DNA from: Hamiltosporidium tvaerminnensis FI-OER-3-3
Taxonomy: Eukaryota > Fungi > Microsporidia
DNA length: 64,000 bases
Direction of reading: 5' to 3'
Assembly: GCA_022605425.2 (NCBI GenBank)
Contig: JAKIMF020000004.1
Location: forward strand, 372,001 to 436,000
Shown here one piece after another: positions 61,384 to 64,000 of the stretch. Numbering within the stretch: position 1 is the stretch's first letter; the number at the start of each line of letters is the position of its first letter. A program made the translations under genes and the position numbers. The notes under the pieces are model-generated. The model had not been told where the DNA came from, searched no databases, and saw only the letters and a program-made list of their open reading frames with translations.

Positions 61384-64000
61384 ATGTATTTGAAAGAAAT
61401 AATTTTAGATGGATTTAAATGTTACGAAAAAAGAACAATAATTCCTGACCTACATGAATCTTTTAACGCTATTACTGGTATGAATGGTGCAGGTAAAAGT
61501 AATATAATAGATGGTATAATATTTGTATTAGGAATTGATACAAATAAATTATTGAGGGTTTCTTCAATAAAAGAAGTAATAAATATTCATCGAAAAGAGT
61601 GTAAAGTTACTTTGATTTTTAATAATTATGAAAAATCTTTAAGTCCAGTTGGTTATGTTAATTATGATGTATTAAATATTATGAGATGTGTAGATGAAGA
61701 AGGTAAAAGCAAGTATTTTTTAAATGGGCATCCATGTACCAATTCTACTATTTCTAAGTTGTTTTCTAGTACTGGTCTTGGGATTATGAAAGGATCATCT
61801 TATCCACATTTTGTTGTAATGCAAGGACATATAACAAAAATATTGAGCATGAAAAGTAACGATTTGTATAATTTAATTCAAGAAACAGCAGGAACCAGGT
61901 TTTATGAATCTGAAAAGGAAAAATCACTTGTAATACTTCAAAAGAAAGAAAAAAAGTTAAAAGAGGCAAGTGAAAGTCTATTTAGAAGAATTTCTCCTTT
62001 TTTTGTTCAGTTGAAAGAAGAAAGACAGGCATATTTGGAACAAAAAAATATGGAAATGAAAAAGAAACAAAATATTGAAAGAGAAATTTTATTACAGAAA
62101 GAAATTGAATCGAACGAGTATAGCAAAGTTGCATTGGAGATTTTAGAAAATTTAAAAAATTATAAATTTAATAAAAATGAATTAAAAGAAATTGAAAATA
62201 AATTAGAAGAAGTAAGAAATTTAGAAAATGATGATAATTTTTTAAAAATACAAAAAGAATTAGAAATAGAAAAGTTAAAACTTGAAAAACTCAATGCATT
62301 TAATGATTCGGATGAATATGAAAAGAAGGAACAGGAATTAAAATATCTAAATTCTTTTGTAGATAATATTGATGAAATGAAAGAAAAGGAAAGATATTTG
62401 ATGGAGGAATTGAAGAACCAGGAAAATAATTTTTTAGGAATTAAAAGTATTTGTAGTAATAAAGTTGATCGGGTAGAAGAAATAAGTAGATTGAAAATAG
62501 AAATGAATCGGTTGGGAATATTCTTAAAAAATAATCAAGGATTAAATGATTTCTCTATTGATGATATTCAGAATAAAATCAAGGAAATTGAAGAATATTA
62601 TGTTTCAGATGAAGAAATTAATAATTTACAAAATAAAATAAACGAATTTAAAAGTAAAATTGCATATCCAATTATAGAAGGAGTATTTGGTATTTTGGAA
62701 GAGAATTTTTCAATAATTGATAAAAAATATGAAGAAGCGATATATTCTTCGATGGGTAGTCGATCAAAATTTTTGGTGGTGAAGAATGAAAAAATAGGAA
62801 ACGAATTATTATCTTCTAATAATAGCAGTATCAGTATAATACCATTGAATAAAATTAAACCAAAAATTGTTCCAAGAGATATTTTAAGAAATGTCAGACA
62901 ATTGGGTGGAATTCCTATTACAGAACTTATAAATTTTGATGAAGAAGTAAGTAAAGCAATGGAATTCGTATTTAATGGATATTTTTTATTTGAAAATAAA
63001 GAAAATGCAAGAAAGGCATGTTATGATTATAAAGTGATTGGAGTTACTTTTGATGGAACATTATACGATCCTAAAGGTACATTATGTGGTGGAAAAATAA
63101 TTTGTAAAAATATTATTTTTAGACGAAAAGATTTGTTGGAATTGGAACAAAATTTTAAAGAAAAAAAGGAAAACAAAAGAATTTATGAAAACGAAAAATA
63201 TAATTTAAATGAATTGAAGAGCAAAATATGCAATTTAAGAGAAATAAAAAAGGCTAAAAATGATATTCAAATTATTGAAAATTCAATTAAATTTTTAAAT
63301 AAATTGATAGAATCTAAGGTGGATTATAGTTCAGAATTATCTTCTTTACGACAGAATATTGTAAAAAAAATTCGAGAAAAAGAAGAATTTTTAAGGAGAA
63401 AAAATGTTTTAGAAACTGAAATATTTGAATTAAAAAATAAAATTAAAAGTAAAAAAGAAGACGAAAAAAATATTTTGAAGAAAATTTTACAGTTAGAAGG
63501 GTTTAGAAGACAAAGCGAAATAAAAATATCTAAAAAATCTATCGGTGAACGAGAAGAAGAATCGTTGGAACTTAAACGTAAGCATTTGTTACAGAATATA
63601 TTGAAATCGAAATCTAAGATTTCAAAGCTGCGAGAATTATTAAAAGAATTTAAATCTGGAAAAAATGAAAATTCTAAAAGTCATTTACCAGTTCAATTTC
63701 AAGAAATATCAGATGTGCTTGATGATTTTAAACTTTCATCTAACATTTTTAATGTGGATCTAAAAATATTTGATGTGAAGAAAGAAGATGAATTAAAAAA
63801 AGAATTATTTTCTGTACGAAAGGAAATTGAAATGTCTAAAAATATTAAAAAATTTCGAATGGATCCAAGAAATTTTGATTTATTAGAAAAAAATGATGAA
63901 ATAATTAAAGAACTCCAAGAAAAAATAAAAAAATTAGAAAATGATAAAATGAGAATCAACAAAAGTATTAACCAATTACATGAATTAAGTATAAAAGAGA
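61384..64000 (+). CDS. SMC2: Condensin subunit SMC2 (3' end beyond the window; absent from the ORF track)
   Basis: CCC then ATG at 61384. MYLKEIILDGFKCY..FNAITGMNGAGKSNIIDGIIFVLG (Walker A), HFVVMQGHITKILSMK (Q-loop), hinge IIPLNKI and VTFDGTLYDPKGTLCGG, coiled coils; frame appears open to the window end. Confidence 0.95.
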   Translation, partial: MYLKEIILDGFKCYEKRTIIPDLHESFNAITGMNGAGKSNIIDGIIFVLGIDTNKLLRVSSIKEVINIHRKECKVTLIFNNYEKSLSPVGYVNYDVLNIMRCVDEEGKSKYFLNGHPCTNSTISKLFSSTGLGIMKGSSYPHFVVMQGHITKILSMKSNDLYNLIQETAGTRFYESEKEKSLVILQKKEKKLKEASESLFRRISPFFVQLKEERQAYLEQKNMEMKKKQNIEREILLQKEIESNEYSKVALEILENLKNYKFNKNELKEIENKLEEVRNLENDDNFLKIQKELEIEKLKLEKLNAFNDSDEYEKKEQELKYLNSFVDNIDEMKEKERYLMEELKNQENNFLGIKSICSNKVDRVEEISRLKIEMNRLGIFLKNNQGLNDFSIDDIQNKIKEIEEYYVSDEEINNLQNKINEFKSKIAYPIIEGVFGILEENFSIIDKKYEEAIYSSMGSRSKFLVVKNEKIGNELLSSNNSSISIIPLNKIKPKIVPRDILRNVRQLGGIPITELINFDEEVSKAMEFVFNGYFLFENKENARKACYDYKVIGVTFDGTLYDPKGTLCGGKIICKNIIFRRKDLLELEQNFKEKKENKRIYENEKYNLNELKSKICNLREIKKAKNDIQIIENSIKFLNKLIESKVDYSSELSSLRQNIVKKIREKEEFLRRKNVLETEIFELKNKIKSKKEDEKNILKKILQLEGFRRQSEIKISKKSIGEREEESLELKRKHLLQNILKSKSKISKLRELLKEFKSGKNENSKSHLPVQFQEISDVLDDFKLSSNIFNVDLKIFDVKKEDELKKELFSVRKEIEMSKNIKKFRMDPRNFDLLEKNDEIIKELQEKIKKLENDKMRINKSINQLHELSIKE

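Overview
Very AT-rich, gene-sparse eukaryotic DNA. Intronless genes with CCC motifs just before the ATG, an LRR-type lineage-specific gene family and the transposon mix point to a large-genome microsporidian (Hamiltosporidium-like; this is an inference). Housekeeping genes: a TMEM62-like metallophosphoesterase, CPSF3/YSH1, a myosin light chain/calmodulin-family EF-hand protein, a WW-HECT E3 ligase and SMC2 (runs off the right edge and is missing from the ORF track). There are three LRR-type genes with hydrophobic N-termini (one frameshifted), two of which show a BTB-like segment. Mobile DNA: a KRBA2/SCAND3 (Ginger-like) integrase relic, a complete but inactivated piggyBac (16-bp TIRs, TTAA), a near full-length R4/Dong-like RLE LINE plus a 5'-truncated relative, and a 220-bp RTE-like SINE with a perfect 14-bp TSD. 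The most unusual signal is a dispersed ~715-bp non-coding element in six copies. It is densely base-paired (UUCG hairpin, G-U-preserving substitutions, a 9+10-bp pseudoknot), one copy shows TPRT hallmarks, and its ~110-nt head is shared with a second family that has a different body (two copies). This looks like a modular, retroposed structured-RNA family that I cannot assign to any known class.
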